64,000 nucleotides of DNA from an uncultured Gemmatimonadales bacterium (lineage in GTDB: Bacteria > Gemmatimonadota > Gemmatimonadetes > Gemmatimonadales > Gemmatimonadaceae), in the NCBI GenBank assembly GCA_963850905.1, contig CAWKMU010000004.1, positions 256,001 to 320,000 of the forward strand, read 5' to 3'. Below are positions 20,539-30,662 of this stretch, in pieces (position 1 is the stretch's first letter; each line of letters opens with the position of its first letter). The notes under the pieces were generated by a model. That model had not been told where the DNA came from. It made no database searches and saw only the letters and a program-made list of their open reading frames with translations. Position numbers and translations under genes: made by a program.

Positions 20539-22587
20539 TCAGACGGGATCGACCGCGGCCCGCCCCGTGTGTGGAACCCAGAGAAAGCGGCTGGGTCGAG
20601 TGCGGAACGCTTGCAGTACGGCCCGCCACACGGCCTGGCGCTGCTGAGCGTCGAGGCCACGCGCACGCGCCGCTACGCGCAGGGCAAGCACAAATGAGAC
20701 GCCGAAGTTCAGCGCCCCAATGCCGACGATCCCGAGCATCGCCCACCCCAACGGCCCCCAGCGAAGCTGGTGATCCGCGATCTGGGCCCCGACTGCGAGA
20801 CCGAGCGATGCCGATGATAGCGACACGTGTCGGACCTGAAGGCCGAGCCCCATGAACGCAAAGAGCATGGGCGTGAACCCCATCAAGAACCCAAGCGTGA
20901 GGTTGCCCGCGATGCCACCAATGTGCCGGTCCAGGACCGCGGCAAGCCGCCGGGCACGGGCCGGCCGGAGGACACGCTGCACGCGAGGACTGTCCGCCAG
21001 CGCCTGCGGAAACTGTCTATAGGCACTCCAGTTCGCAGTCCACCCATCCGCCATGCTGCTCACCCACAGGTACACGCCGGTCAGCGCGGCAAACAGCAGG
21101 GTGCCCGAGCGAATGGGGTGGAGCGACGCTATGGTCTGTGCGGCGGTGTCTGCGCCCAGAGCCCCGTGCCCAGTGAAGAGCTGCCACACGAGATCGAGGC
21201 CGATGCCGAGCGGCACCGAGAACAGCACGTTGCAGAGGGTGGCGATCACCTGACACCGAGTGATCGCAGCAACGAGGTCCACGAGATCATCGATCTGATG
21301 TCCTTTCTCGAGCGCACCAGCCAAAGCAGACGCCGTCACCGACGGCTGCTTCAATGCGAGCGTCAAGCGACACCCCTGCATGGTCAGGAAGCTCGCCGCG
21401 TCGTCCGCTGTGAGGGCCAGGCCCGTGACCATGGGAGCCAACGGTAACGCAGTGATCCCGAAGCCGATCAGTGCGGTGAATACGGTCAATGAGCCGCCGC
21501 CAGCCGCTGCCCGTGCGGTTCCCCACCACTCGCCGCGCGTGCGCACCACATAGTGCTCGCCGGTCTTCCCCGTGTGTTCGATGACTTTCCGGGCCAGCCG
21601 TCGCAGCGTGACGCGCACGAGTCCACGCACGCTCCGTTGCTCAGCACTCTGGCGGACAAGTCGCGCTGCGAATGCTTGCCCATCGAGCGACCCCGCTTCG
21701 AGTCGGAAGAGCGCACCGATCCGCTCGAGCTGCGCGTCCAGCAGCTCACGGCGAAACACGAGATCGCTCGATACGCCTCGCTCCTCCAGCCGCTCATCGA
21801 GCGCCGTCAACGCAGCGTGACAGTGCTCGCGACATCGCTGCCAGGCCCCGTATCGATCCTGCCACGTGCCATCGCGCCGCGCGGCGGCTTCCGCGCACTC
21901 GCTGACAATGCGCGCCAGGCGAAAGAACGGTGAGTCCAGCTCCCAATCGATTGGCTGCAACGAGAGGATATCGCGTGACAGGCCGACCGCTGCAGCGCGA
22001 ACCGCCACCAGCTCGGCCGCAGCGCCCACCGCTGTGGAAGACGGTCGCAGCAACGGGCCCCACGGCTCGGCCAGTTCCGACGGGAGCGAGGCGATCCAGT
22101 CGGCGTCTGCCGCCCGCAGGTCGAGTCGCTCGACGAGCGCCGACAAATCGTCGCGGAAGCCGACTCGGGGAAGGACGTGGTTCGCCGTCCGCCGGAGCGC
22201 TTCGGCCACAAACAATGTACGCTCGGACAGCCCCGTCTCCGCGAAGTATCGTACCGATGACGCGTGCGCCCACACACGGCGAATCCGGTCGTTCAGCGCC
22301 GCGCCAGTGCCAGGTTTCTCGAGCTCCTGCACCAGACTCTGAAGCCGAGCGGTCCGCTGGCTCCGCCCAAACCAGGTCGCCACATCGCGGTCGAGCAGCC
22401 ATCCGACGAGCGCTGCGAACCAGGCTTGGTCCGCTGCGATGCTCGTCGATGCGCTCCCAGCCGCGCGCACGATCGCACCCAGCCGGCGGTCGGATGGCCC
22501 GCGGAGAGGCGCGGGGGCCAGGGGCGTCGGAGCCTGCGGCGGCCTACTGAGCGGGACAGCCATGATCACAGGAGCCGACACGCCCAA
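20539..22587 (-). CDS. Gcr-like 'site-specific recombinase' family membrane protein (PF10136-like)
   Basis: GEHYVVRTRGEW...AAAGGG, TLALKQPSVTA, GNLTLGFLMG, VRHVSLSS and LNFGVSF family motifs; many TM helices. Confidence 0.82.
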   Translation of the reverse strand: MGVSAPVIMAVPLSRPPQAPTPLAPAPLRGPSDRRLGAIVRAAGSASTSIAADQAWFAALVGWLLDRDVATWFGRSQRTARLQSLVQELEKPGTGAALNDRIRRVWAHASSVRYFAETGLSERTLFVAEALRRTANHVLPRVGFRDDLSALVERLDLRAADADWIASLPSELAEPWGPLLRPSSTAVGAAAELVAVRAAAVGLSRDILSLQPIDWELDSPFFRLARIVSECAEAAARRDGTWQDRYGAWQRCREHCHAALTALDERLEERGVSSDLVFRRELLDAQLERIGALFRLEAGSLDGQAFAARLVRQSAEQRSVRGLVRVTLRRLARKVIEHTGKTGEHYVVRTRGEWWGTARAAAGGGSLTVFTALIGFGITALPLAPMVTGLALTADDAASFLTMQGCRLTLALKQPSVTASALAGALEKGHQIDDLVDLVAAITRCQVIATLCNVLFSVPLGIGLDLVWQLFTGHGALGADTAAQTIASLHPIRSGTLLFAALTGVYLWVSSMADGWTANWSAYRQFPQALADSPRVQRVLRPARARRLAAVLDRHIGGIAGNLTLGFLMGFTPMLFAFMGLGLQVRHVSLSSASLGLAVGAQIADHQLRWGPLGWAMLGIVGIGALNFGVSFVLALRVAARARGLDAQQRQAVWRAVLQAFRTRPSRFLWVPHTGRAAVDPV

Positions 22588-23051
22588 CCAGCGGCCAGCG
22601 TGTGGCAGGAGGACTCACGAGTGGGCCGTTCCTCAGACAGATTATTCAGGGCGACTTACGGACGCTTGGAAGTACGCGCCAGGATGCTCCGCGGCAAGGG
22701 GACACGGCCAGCCAACTGGCGACTGCCCCCGCACCCAAGCGGACTCGCTACACGAGGCGCCGGTGGTAGGGAGATCGAGTGCGTTGGCGGCGACGGGCAT
22801 GTTCGAGCGAGATCGGTCCAACCGCATGGACTTTGTTCTGGACAACGAGAAGATTCTGACCCATCAGAAAGCGCCGGCTACGGGCTGCGCGTAGGGCCAC
22901 CCGACGGGTCGCGGCGGACATCGGTCGGGCCGTCCCGATGAGTCCGCTCCGGCCCGACGTTGGTCTTCGCCAATTGTTATTGTGAGCTATCCGGGTCACT
23001 CAGCAAATTCCCTCAACGGCGCCACGGTGATACCGTGCGCACCCCCTCGAT

Positions 23052-24281
23052 ATGACTCTCGACCGCCGCTCATTCGTTGCCGCCGCAGCGTCGATGGCCG
23101 CAACCGCCGCAATTCGACCCGGCCTGGTATCCCCTGAACTGGAGAGGCGCATGCCTCCGGGTGAAGACCCGCTCGGCGTACGCGCCGACTTCCCGATCGT
23201 CGGGAATCGCACGTATCTCAACTCGGCCTACATCACGCCCATCCCGCGGCAGGTCGTGGCGGCAAACCAGGCCTTTCTCGAGGCAAAATCGACGCGCCAG
23301 ATGCTGGTGGGAGAGTTACTTCACAAGAACGACGAATTGCGGACGCAGTTCGCGCACCTCATCAACGCGACGCCCGACGAGATTGGCCTGCTCTTCTCGA
23401 CGGCCGAAGGCGAGAACGTGGTCGCGAACGGGATCGGCCTCAAGCCCGGTGACAATGTCGTGGTCGACGAGCTGCACTATCCCACGGAGTTCGTGCTGTA
23501 TCGCGCGCTCGAAGCGACGCGCGGCATCGAGCTTCGCATCGTCAAGGCGCGCAATGGCGCGCTCGACGTCACCGACTTCGAGCCGCACGTCGACAACCGG
23601 ACGCGGATCGTCTCCGTCGCATGGGTGTCGCACCTGAACGGCTTCCGCCATGACATGCGTCCGATCGCTGACCTGGCGCACCACCACGGAGCGCTCTTCT
23701 ACACGGACGCAATACAGGCGGCCGGCATGATTCCACTCGACGTGCGCGCCGCGGGCGTGGACTTCTTGTGCTGTGGATCGTACAAGTGGATGCTGGCTGG
23801 CTTTGGCGTCGCGCCATTCTTCGTCCGAGCGGAGCTGCTCGACCGTATTCAGCTCGACCGCTACGGCGAGTTCCAGGTCGATCACGAGCTGCCCGAGCAT
23901 CACTACGAGCTGTCCAAGACCGCCAAGCGCTTCGACTACAGCAGTCGCGCGTTCGGCGCCGTCTACGAGCTGAGTGCGGGGCTGTCGTACGTCGATAAAG
24001 TCGGGGTCGAACGGATCGCGGCGCACACGGTCGGGCTCGCACATCGCCTGCACCGTGGGCTCGCTGCACAAGGCCATCGAATGTTCACGCCCCCCGAGAA
24101 CGAGTCGTCGATCGTCGTGTTCTACAGTGACAAGCCGCCGGCCGACCTGCACGCCGCCTTCGACGCCGCACAGATCGACGTGACACTCCGGAACGGCACC
24201 GTTCGCATCGCGCCAGCCCTGTTCAACACGACAGACGACATCGATCGGTGTCTAGAGGTGACGAAGGGACTAGGCGTATAG
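23052..24281 (+). CDS. Class V PLP-dependent aminotransferase / cysteine desulfurase-like protein with Tat signal
   Basis: DRRSF twin-arginine; YLNSA, DAIQAAG, SYKWM and RIAPALFNT. Confidence 0.9.
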   Translation: MTLDRRSFVAAAASMAATAAIRPGLVSPELERRMPPGEDPLGVRADFPIVGNRTYLNSAYITPIPRQVVAANQAFLEAKSTRQMLVGELLHKNDELRTQFAHLINATPDEIGLLFSTAEGENVVANGIGLKPGDNVVVDELHYPTEFVLYRALEATRGIELRIVKARNGALDVTDFEPHVDNRTRIVSVAWVSHLNGFRHDMRPIADLAHHHGALFYTDAIQAAGMIPLDVRAAGVDFLCCGSYKWMLAGFGVAPFFVRAELLDRIQLDRYGEFQVDHELPEHHYELSKTAKRFDYSSRAFGAVYELSAGLSYVDKVGVERIAAHTVGLAHRLHRGLAAQGHRMFTPPENESSIVVFYSDKPPADLHAAFDAAQIDVTLRNGTVRIAPALFNTTDDIDRCLEVTKGLGV

Positions 24282-24332
24282 ACGTTGGAAGTTAGACACC
24301 CCACATCTTTCATCGAAACCTCCCGGGGTGGG

Positions 24333-25238
24333 ATGATGGATCTGGCCTTCGTTGGTTTGGGCGGCATGGGGAAAGGCATGGCGGCCAACTTGGTCAAGGC
24401 CGGCCACAGGGTCCACGTGTGGAACCGTTCTCGAGCCGCGGTAGATGAGCTTGTTCGGCAGGGCGCACAGGACGGGAGCAGTCTGCGGGATGCGTTTGCG
24501 AGCGATGTCGTCCTGACGATGCTGGCGGACAATGACGCGTTGCGCTCAGTGATCGTCGACGGTCAGCTCTTCGAGCGGGCGCCGCAGCGACTGACACTGG
24601 TGAACATGGCGACCGTCTCCGTCGCGCTGGCGCGTGAGCTTACCGAGCAATGTCAGGAACACCGCATCGGCTATGTAGCCGCTCCGGTGTTTGGTCGGCC
24701 CGAAGCCGCGGCTGCGGGGAAGCTGCACATCGTGGTCGCTGGCGACTCGGCAAGTGTCGCGCGAGTCCAACCGCTCTTCAATGCGATGGCGCAGAAGACG
24801 TGGGTCGTCGGTCGAGAACCGTACCGCGCGAACGTCGTAAAGCTGGCCGGCAATTTCATGATCGCCTCCGCGATCGCAACAATGGGAGAAGCGGTCGCGC
24901 TCGCGGAAGCCAATGGCATCGCAGCCGCTGATCTCCTGGACGTGTTGACGAACACACTGTTCACAGCACCTCTGTACAAGACCTACGGCAGCATCATCGC
25001 CGACAAGCGTTACGAGCCTGCGGGGTTTCGTCTGCCGCTCGGACTCAAGGACGTGCGACTCGCGCTTGCCGCCGGCGAGGCCGTACATACGCCATTACCC
25101 ATCGGCAGTCTCCTCCGCGACGACTTTCTCAATGCGATCGCGCACGGACAATCCGACCAGGATTGGGCCGCCGTCGCCGAAGTCGCGCGTCGGCGCGCCG
25201 GGCTCGATGGGCCGGCCGCCGAGCGTCGCACCACATGA
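24333..25238 (+). CDS. 3-hydroxyisobutyrate/6-phosphogluconate dehydrogenase-family NAD(P) oxidoreductase
   Basis: GLGGMG, WNRS, APVFG, KLAGN and LGLKD. Confidence 0.92.
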   Translation: MMDLAFVGLGGMGKGMAANLVKAGHRVHVWNRSRAAVDELVRQGAQDGSSLRDAFASDVVLTMLADNDALRSVIVDGQLFERAPQRLTLVNMATVSVALARELTEQCQEHRIGYVAAPVFGRPEAAAAGKLHIVVAGDSASVARVQPLFNAMAQKTWVVGREPYRANVVKLAGNFMIASAIATMGEAVALAEANGIAAADLLDVLTNTLFTAPLYKTYGSIIADKRYEPAGFRLPLGLKDVRLALAAGEAVHTPLPIGSLLRDDFLNAIAHGQSDQDWAAVAEVARRRAGLDGPAAERRTT

Positions 25239-25304
25239 TCAGGCAGGTTAAGATCGACCGCCTCATGCGTGTGACGTCAATGCTGTTCTGTGGTGCGGTC
25301 GCGG

Positions 25305-25425
25305 CTACGACCCCCTCAGCGTTCGCCGGACGCCCTCAGCCTCGGACACTGGCTCCTTGAAGCCAAGCTCCCTCCTGATGCGCGTCGTATCGTAAGCGAT
25401 GTCCTGACTCGCACTATCTATCATC
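25305..25425 (-). pseudogene. Remnant resembling the C-terminus of an NAD-dependent epimerase/dehydratase
   Basis: QDIAYDTTRIRRELGFKEPVSEAEGVRRTL* resembles the extended-SDR tail; no N-terminal part present. Confidence 0.45.
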
Positions 25426-25472
25426 CTAGCCCATGGTGTGCTGGTCTCTTCATCGCGGAGCACCACTCGAAC

Positions 25473-26438
25473 ATGCCTGAAGCAAAGCCATCCCCTTTCC
25501 CGGCGCACTTTGACGGAGAGCGGTTCTACAACCCGGGAGGTGCCGCTCCGCGCGGTTTCCCCAATGTCCTCCGTTGGAAGCTCACCAGCAGGCCCGACCG
25601 ATCACCCCGGTTCATCTCCGACGTCGTGCAATCGACGCCGCCGAGCCAGGTCGCGGGGAGCGACCTGCGAGTAACCCTCATCAACCATTCGACCGTGCTG
25701 CTGCAGCACAACGGCTGGAACATCCTCACTGATCCGATCTGGTCTAGGCGCGCGAGCCCTGTACGATGGGCAGGCCCACACCGCCGCCGCTCGCCCGGCG
25801 TGCGTCGCGACGACCTGCCTCCGATCAATGCGGTGCTGGTCAGCCACAACCACTACGACCACCTCGACCTCGCCACGCTGCGTTGGCTTGCGCGCCACCG
25901 CACGCCGACATTCGTCGTGCCCAGCGGCGTCGGTCGGCTGCTCGAGTCGGCGTCGATCGGGCCAGTTCACGAGTTGGATTGGGGTGACACGCAATCGATC
26001 GGTAGCACGTCGGTGTCCTCGGTACCGGCCTTCCATTTCTCGGCCCGCGGCATCCGGGACCGTAACAAAACGCTGTGGTGTGGCTACGCGATACAAGCGG
26101 AGGGAGGTGCCATCTACTTCGCCGGTGACACCGCCTTCGGCCCGCATTTCGCCCAGATCCGCGACCATGTGGGGCCGCCGCGACTGGCCCTTCTCCCCAT
26201 CGGCGCGTATGCCCCACGCTGGTTCATGGCGCCCGTCCACATGACCCCCGAGGAGGCGATCCGAGCGCACGATATATTGGGGGCGCAGAATACGATCGGG
26301 ACCCATTACGGGACTTTCCAACTCGCCGACGACGGGCTCGACCAGCCTCCGCGCGTCCTTGCGGCGCACACCCCGCCACCAGCGTTTCGCCTGCTGAAGA
26401 ACGGGGAATGGTTGGTCATTCCAGCCCTAGACCGGTAG
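25473..26438 (+). CDS. MBL-fold metallo-hydrolase (NAPE-PLD/RomA-like)
   Basis: LTDPIWS, SHNHYDHLD, HFSARG, YFAGDT, LPIGAY and HYGTF. Confidence 0.92.
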   Translation: MPEAKPSPFPAHFDGERFYNPGGAAPRGFPNVLRWKLTSRPDRSPRFISDVVQSTPPSQVAGSDLRVTLINHSTVLLQHNGWNILTDPIWSRRASPVRWAGPHRRRSPGVRRDDLPPINAVLVSHNHYDHLDLATLRWLARHRTPTFVVPSGVGRLLESASIGPVHELDWGDTQSIGSTSVSSVPAFHFSARGIRDRNKTLWCGYAIQAEGGAIYFAGDTAFGPHFAQIRDHVGPPRLALLPIGAYAPRWFMAPVHMTPEEAIRAHDILGAQNTIGTHYGTFQLADDGLDQPPRVLAAHTPPPAFRLLKNGEWLVIPALDR

Positions 26439-26596
26439 GGGCGACGCATTGCGTCGCCCGCCGTTGTAGTCGGGGAACACACCGAAACACCGATCTCTGT
26501 GAGCGTGACAGGCCTTGGACCGGTAGGGGCGACGCACTGCGTCGCCCTTCGTTGTCGTTACGGTTGTCGTTCCCTGACCCCTGACCCCTGACCCCC
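26423..26596 (+). repeat. Two tandem REP units plus (CCCTGAC)n tail; first unit supplies the MBL stop
   Basis: CCCTAGACCGGTAGGGGCGACGCATTGCGTCGCCC and GGCCTTGGACCGGTAGGGGCGACGCACTGCGTCGCCC. Confidence 0.88.
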
Positions 26597-26667
26597 GTAC
26601 TAATCCAACCTTTCCCCGGGCCCCACTGTCTGACCGTATCAAACAGCCGCGACCTGCGAGAACCCTT

Positions 26668-29094
26668 GTGACTCAATTCTTCGGAACCAATGTGCGAATG
26701 GCCGCTCGTGCCCTGTGGCGGACACCGACTGTCACCGTCTGCGCAGTCGTGTGCCTCGCGCTCGGCCTCGGTGCGACCACCGCCATCGCGAGCGCGATCG
26801 ACCGGGCCCTCGTCCGAGCGCTCCCGTTCCACGATCCGTCGCGTCTCGTCAGCGTCTATCGGATCTCGCCGCAGGCAACGGACTGGCCTTTCTCGGTCCC
26901 GAAGTACCTCGACCTCGCTCGCGGCGTCAAGCAGTTCACTGGACTGTCGGCGCTCGGGTGGTCGTCGCGACTCGTGGCAATGCCTGACGGTGGCGTGCAA
27001 ATGCGCACGATCCGCGTCACCGGAAACCTCTTTCCGCTGCTCGGCGTCCGTGCGCTTCGCGGGCGGCTGATCAATACGACCGACGATTCGGCGGGTCAGA
27101 ACCCCGTCGTCGTCATTGGCGAAGAGGCCTGGCGCGAGCACTTCAGCGCCGACCCGTCCCTCGTCGGCCGCGCAGTGCGACTGGATGGCATACCGACTAC
27201 CGTGATCGGGATCGTGCCGGCCGGATTTCACGTCCCGCACGGTCTCGCCCAAATGCATGGCGATCTCTGGGTCCCTGCTCGATTCACAGCGGAGGAGCTT
27301 GCCCACCGCGGCCACAACTTCCTCAACGTGCTCGGGCGTCTCGCCCCCGGAGCAACGGTCGCGAGCGGAACGGCCGAGCTCCATGCGCTGGTCGATGCCA
27401 TGGTGGAGAAGTACCCGGAGCTACGCGGTGAGTCGGCCCGAGCGGCTCCGATGCAGTCCGACAGCGTGAATACGATTCGCACGCCACTGCTGCTGGTGTT
27501 CGCTGCCGTATGCGTCGTGCTGCTCATCGCCGCCGCGAACGTGGGAAGCATGCTGCTGGCGCGCGGCGTCCATCGCCAACGCGAGATCGCGGTGCGCACA
27601 GCGCTTGGTGGCGGCCAGTGGGCCGTGATGCGTCCAGCGCTGGCCGAGGGCGCGCTACTCGCACTCGTCGGTGGACTCGTCGGGATAGGACTGGCATGGT
27701 TCGCCGTTCGCACGATTGGCACGCTCGCCAGCGAGCAACTGCCCCAGCTCAACGGCCTCGCGATCGAGATCCGGATCGTCATCTTCGCCGTCGCGTTGTC
27801 GACGATCGTGGCATTGCTCTGCAGCGCCCTCCCCGCGTGGTACAGCGCGAACGTCGATCCCCAGGACGCGTTGCGCGGAGAGCGGACCGGGGGCGGCGGC
27901 CGCATACAGAAGCGAGCCCTCGGCGCGCTCGTCGCGCTTGAGGTCGCACTCTCCCTCATGCTGCTGATCGGGGCAAGCCTCGTTCTGCGGGGATTCCAGT
28001 CACTGACCCATCGCGACCCCGGCTTCGATCCGCGGTCGATGCTCACCGTGACGGCCACGATCTCGCCAGAGCGGTACACCGACAGCACGACCGTTTCGCG
28101 CTTTCTCGTCCCGGCCCTTGATGCGATCGAACGGATTCCTGGCGTGCAATCAGCGGGCGCGATTAGCCTGTTGCCCTTCCGGGAATGGGGGTCCAATTCG
28201 AATATTCGGTACGAAGGCCAGCCCGGCAACGACATGGAGCACTTGCCGCTGGCAGACGACCGCGACGCGACGCCCGACTTCTTCCATGCGACCGGCCAAC
28301 GGCTGCTGGCTGGGCGCCTCCTTCGATACGACGACAACCTTCGACCCGGAGAACCGGTGGTCGTCGTGGCAAATCAGGCGCTCGTTCGGCGAGATTTCCC
28401 GCACTCGGACCCGATCGGCAAGCGGTTCTACATCGGCGACTCGACGTTCGCGACCATCGTGGGCGTGGTGAGCGATATTGCCAACGCCGGCCCGTTCGAC
28501 CCGCCCGTCCCCGAAGTGTACTGGTCGTACTCGCAAATGGGCGGTGTCGGAGAGACCTTGTTCCCGATCGTGGTGCGCGTCTCGGGCGATCCGACGCGCT
28601 TCGTCAACGCCGTGCGGGGTGCGATCCACGAGGTGGACCCGGTAGCCGCAGTCTCTGACATGGGGCCCATGACCGAGGTCGTTTCGAAGAGTGTCGGAGC
28701 ACCGCGCTTCTACCTGCTGCTCCTCGGCAGCTTCGCGCTCGTCGCCCTGGCCCTGGCGCTCGCCGGTCTGTACGGAGTCATGAGCTACTCGGTCGCGCAG
28801 CGCACACGCGAGCTTGGTATCCGCACGGCACTCGGAAGTCCGATCGCGGCCACTTTGCGAATGGTGACGAGCGAGGGCATGCAGCTCGTCGGCATCGGTG
28901 TCGCCGGCGGCATCCTGGGTGGCGCGATCGTCACGCAGCTCTTGCGGAGCTTGCTCTACGGCGTAAGTCCGGCCGACGCCACGACCTGGCTGGCGGCCAC
29001 CGGTGCTCTCGTCCTCGCCGGCCTCCTCGCCACGTTCATCCCCGCGTTCCGAGCCACGCGCGTCGACCCCGTGATCGCCATAAAGGTGGAATAG
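26668..29094 (+). CDS. ABC transporter permease, ADOP/MacB-type duplicated permease
   Basis: Two FtsX-like halves: REIAVRTALG and VAQRTRELGIRTALG; ends RATRVDPVIAIK. Confidence 0.92.
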   Translation: MTQFFGTNVRMAARALWRTPTVTVCAVVCLALGLGATTAIASAIDRALVRALPFHDPSRLVSVYRISPQATDWPFSVPKYLDLARGVKQFTGLSALGWSSRLVAMPDGGVQMRTIRVTGNLFPLLGVRALRGRLINTTDDSAGQNPVVVIGEEAWREHFSADPSLVGRAVRLDGIPTTVIGIVPAGFHVPHGLAQMHGDLWVPARFTAEELAHRGHNFLNVLGRLAPGATVASGTAELHALVDAMVEKYPELRGESARAAPMQSDSVNTIRTPLLLVFAAVCVVLLIAAANVGSMLLARGVHRQREIAVRTALGGGQWAVMRPALAEGALLALVGGLVGIGLAWFAVRTIGTLASEQLPQLNGLAIEIRIVIFAVALSTIVALLCSALPAWYSANVDPQDALRGERTGGGGRIQKRALGALVALEVALSLMLLIGASLVLRGFQSLTHRDPGFDPRSMLTVTATISPERYTDSTTVSRFLVPALDAIERIPGVQSAGAISLLPFREWGSNSNIRYEGQPGNDMEHLPLADDRDATPDFFHATGQRLLAGRLLRYDDNLRPGEPVVVVANQALVRRDFPHSDPIGKRFYIGDSTFATIVGVVSDIANAGPFDPPVPEVYWSYSQMGGVGETLFPIVVRVSGDPTRFVNAVRGAIHEVDPVAAVSDMGPMTEVVSKSVGAPRFYLLLLGSFALVALALALAGLYGVMSYSVAQRTRELGIRTALGSPIAATLRMVTSEGMQLVGIGVAGGILGGAIVTQLLRSLLYGVSPADATTWLAATGALVLAGLLATFIPAFRATRVDPVIAIKVE

Positions 29095-29144
29095 GCCATT
29101 GGCGGCGATGTTCCGCCCGGTGCACAAGGCCCCGACGATCGGCG

Positions 29145-29170
29145 GGTAGGGGCGACGCCATGCGGCGCCC
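29145..29170 (+). repeat. REP core copy followed by a T-run (possible terminator role)
   Basis: GGTAGGGGCGACGCCATGCGGCGCCC, then GCTTTTTT. Confidence 0.7.
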
Positions 29171-29237
29171 GCTTTTTTGCCGCCCCAACAACACCGATCG
29201 AACGTCCGGACCCGCACGACGCACGCGTCGCCTTCTG

Positions 29238-30602
29238 TCACCGTCCGCGCGGTGCGAACCGTTGCACCGTGATGATCGAATCCGGCAGTTGCGTGCGCGC
29301 GAGAATGGAATCGGTGCGACCTTGCAACGTTTGGTCAAAGAACGCCAACACGTACGCCCGAATCAGATCCATGTAGTGACGCTGCGTGGCGGCGCCTGTG
29401 TCGCTGGATTGCTGCAGCGTCTTGAGATCGATGAATGTCCGGTGCGTGAATGCGTCGGATTCCGCCATGATACGGAGGGCACCGCCCGGCATGGCTGCGA
29501 GCGCGTTGTCCTGGTTGCGTTGATACAGATGCACGATCGAGTCGTACTGCGGCCGGGTGAGCTTCATGTGTTCGAGTGCAGCGGCGGTCGGCAATGGCGT
29601 GCGCGCACTCACATAGATCGAGTGGCCACTGGCAAAGAAGAGGAATGGCTGCTTGATGAGGTGCGCTTCGATCCCCCCGTCGTACGGCCTGCCGTCGTCA
29701 TCGGCGTCCTCGTTGGCGCAGGCGCGAATGCGGGCGTCAGTCCGGCACGCACTGGCCGCGGCCACGCCACCGAGTGAATGCCCGAACGCGCCAACGCGCG
29801 TCAGGTCGAGCCGGTGTACGAACAGGTTCGCCCGCGGGACACCCGCATCCAGTTGCGCGAGACGATCGACGACGAAGCGGATGTCGTCAGCGCGGACGGG
29901 CACCTGCGCGAGCTGGTACGCCACCGCTCCCTTGGGGATGGCTTCCGCCGAATCCCACGCTGCGGCGGCAAAGGGTACGACATGTCCATCCGGAAACCAG
30001 ACCGCGAACGCGTCGTGTGGATGCTCGATCGCGAACACGACGTATCCGTGGCTCGCGAGGTCGGTGAGCTGCGCGGCGTAGGTGAGGCTCGACTCCCCGA
30101 ACCCGTGTGAGAACACGAGGACGGGATACCGCGCCGGGGCTGAGGCGAGTGGCGCACCATCGACCACGTATGAACGGATGCGTCCCGCGACGACCGCACT
30201 CAGCGCTTCGCCAAACTCGCCTTTCGTGAGCGAGTCGCCGAGGGCGTGCGCGATCGCATCGACGTGCGGGATGTAGGAGCCGGCCGGTCGCCCTGCTCTG
30301 GCCGCTGAGTCGGCTGGATACCAGACATAGACCATGACCTCACGCCGGCTGGACCGCGCGGGCACGAACGGTTCTGTCCGAGAAGAATCAATCCAGTGAA
30401 AGACCGTGCGTCCGACGGCGTGTGGGCCGGTCGGCGGGGCCAGTTGCTGCACGGTATCACGCGTCTGTGACTCGAGCCGATTCGGCCAAGGCCCGAATAG
30501 GATACACAGGCCGACGCACGCGGCCTGCACCCAGCGTCTAACCGTAAATCGAGGATCTTCCCACGCGGTGTCGCGGCTTTGCCATGCGATTCCCTGGATC
30601 AC
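29238..30602 (-). CDS. Secreted alpha/beta hydrolase (PAF-acetylhydrolase/dienelactone hydrolase-like)
   Basis: PTGPHAVG, VWYPA, VFSHG, LASHGYVV and GHSLGG nucleophile motif. Confidence 0.88.
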   Translation of the reverse strand: MIQGIAWQSRDTAWEDPRFTVRRWVQAACVGLCILFGPWPNRLESQTRDTVQQLAPPTGPHAVGRTVFHWIDSSRTEPFVPARSSRREVMVYVWYPADSAARAGRPAGSYIPHVDAIAHALGDSLTKGEFGEALSAVVAGRIRSYVVDGAPLASAPARYPVLVFSHGFGESSLTYAAQLTDLASHGYVVFAIEHPHDAFAVWFPDGHVVPFAAAAWDSAEAIPKGAVAYQLAQVPVRADDIRFVVDRLAQLDAGVPRANLFVHRLDLTRVGAFGHSLGGVAAASACRTDARIRACANEDADDDGRPYDGGIEAHLIKQPFLFFASGHSIYVSARTPLPTAAALEHMKLTRPQYDSIVHLYQRNQDNALAAMPGGALRIMAESDAFTHRTFIDLKTLQQSSDTGAATQRHYMDLIRAYVLAFFDQTLQGRTDSILARTQLPDSIITVQRFAPRGR

Positions 30603-30662
30603 GGCATGCCATTGGCCGAAGCCGGCGACGGCAGTTGAGACACGGCGTCAGCTCCGTCGACC

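Noticed and set aside
20539..22587. Integrative element anchored on the 'recombinase'
   Set aside because: No att repeats, tRNA target, or phage/conjugation genes; the protein is membrane-like.
22588..23051. Possible ORF after AGGAGG at 22607 (GTG 22621-22941)
   Set aside because: The translation lacks recognisable features and competing frames are equally weak.
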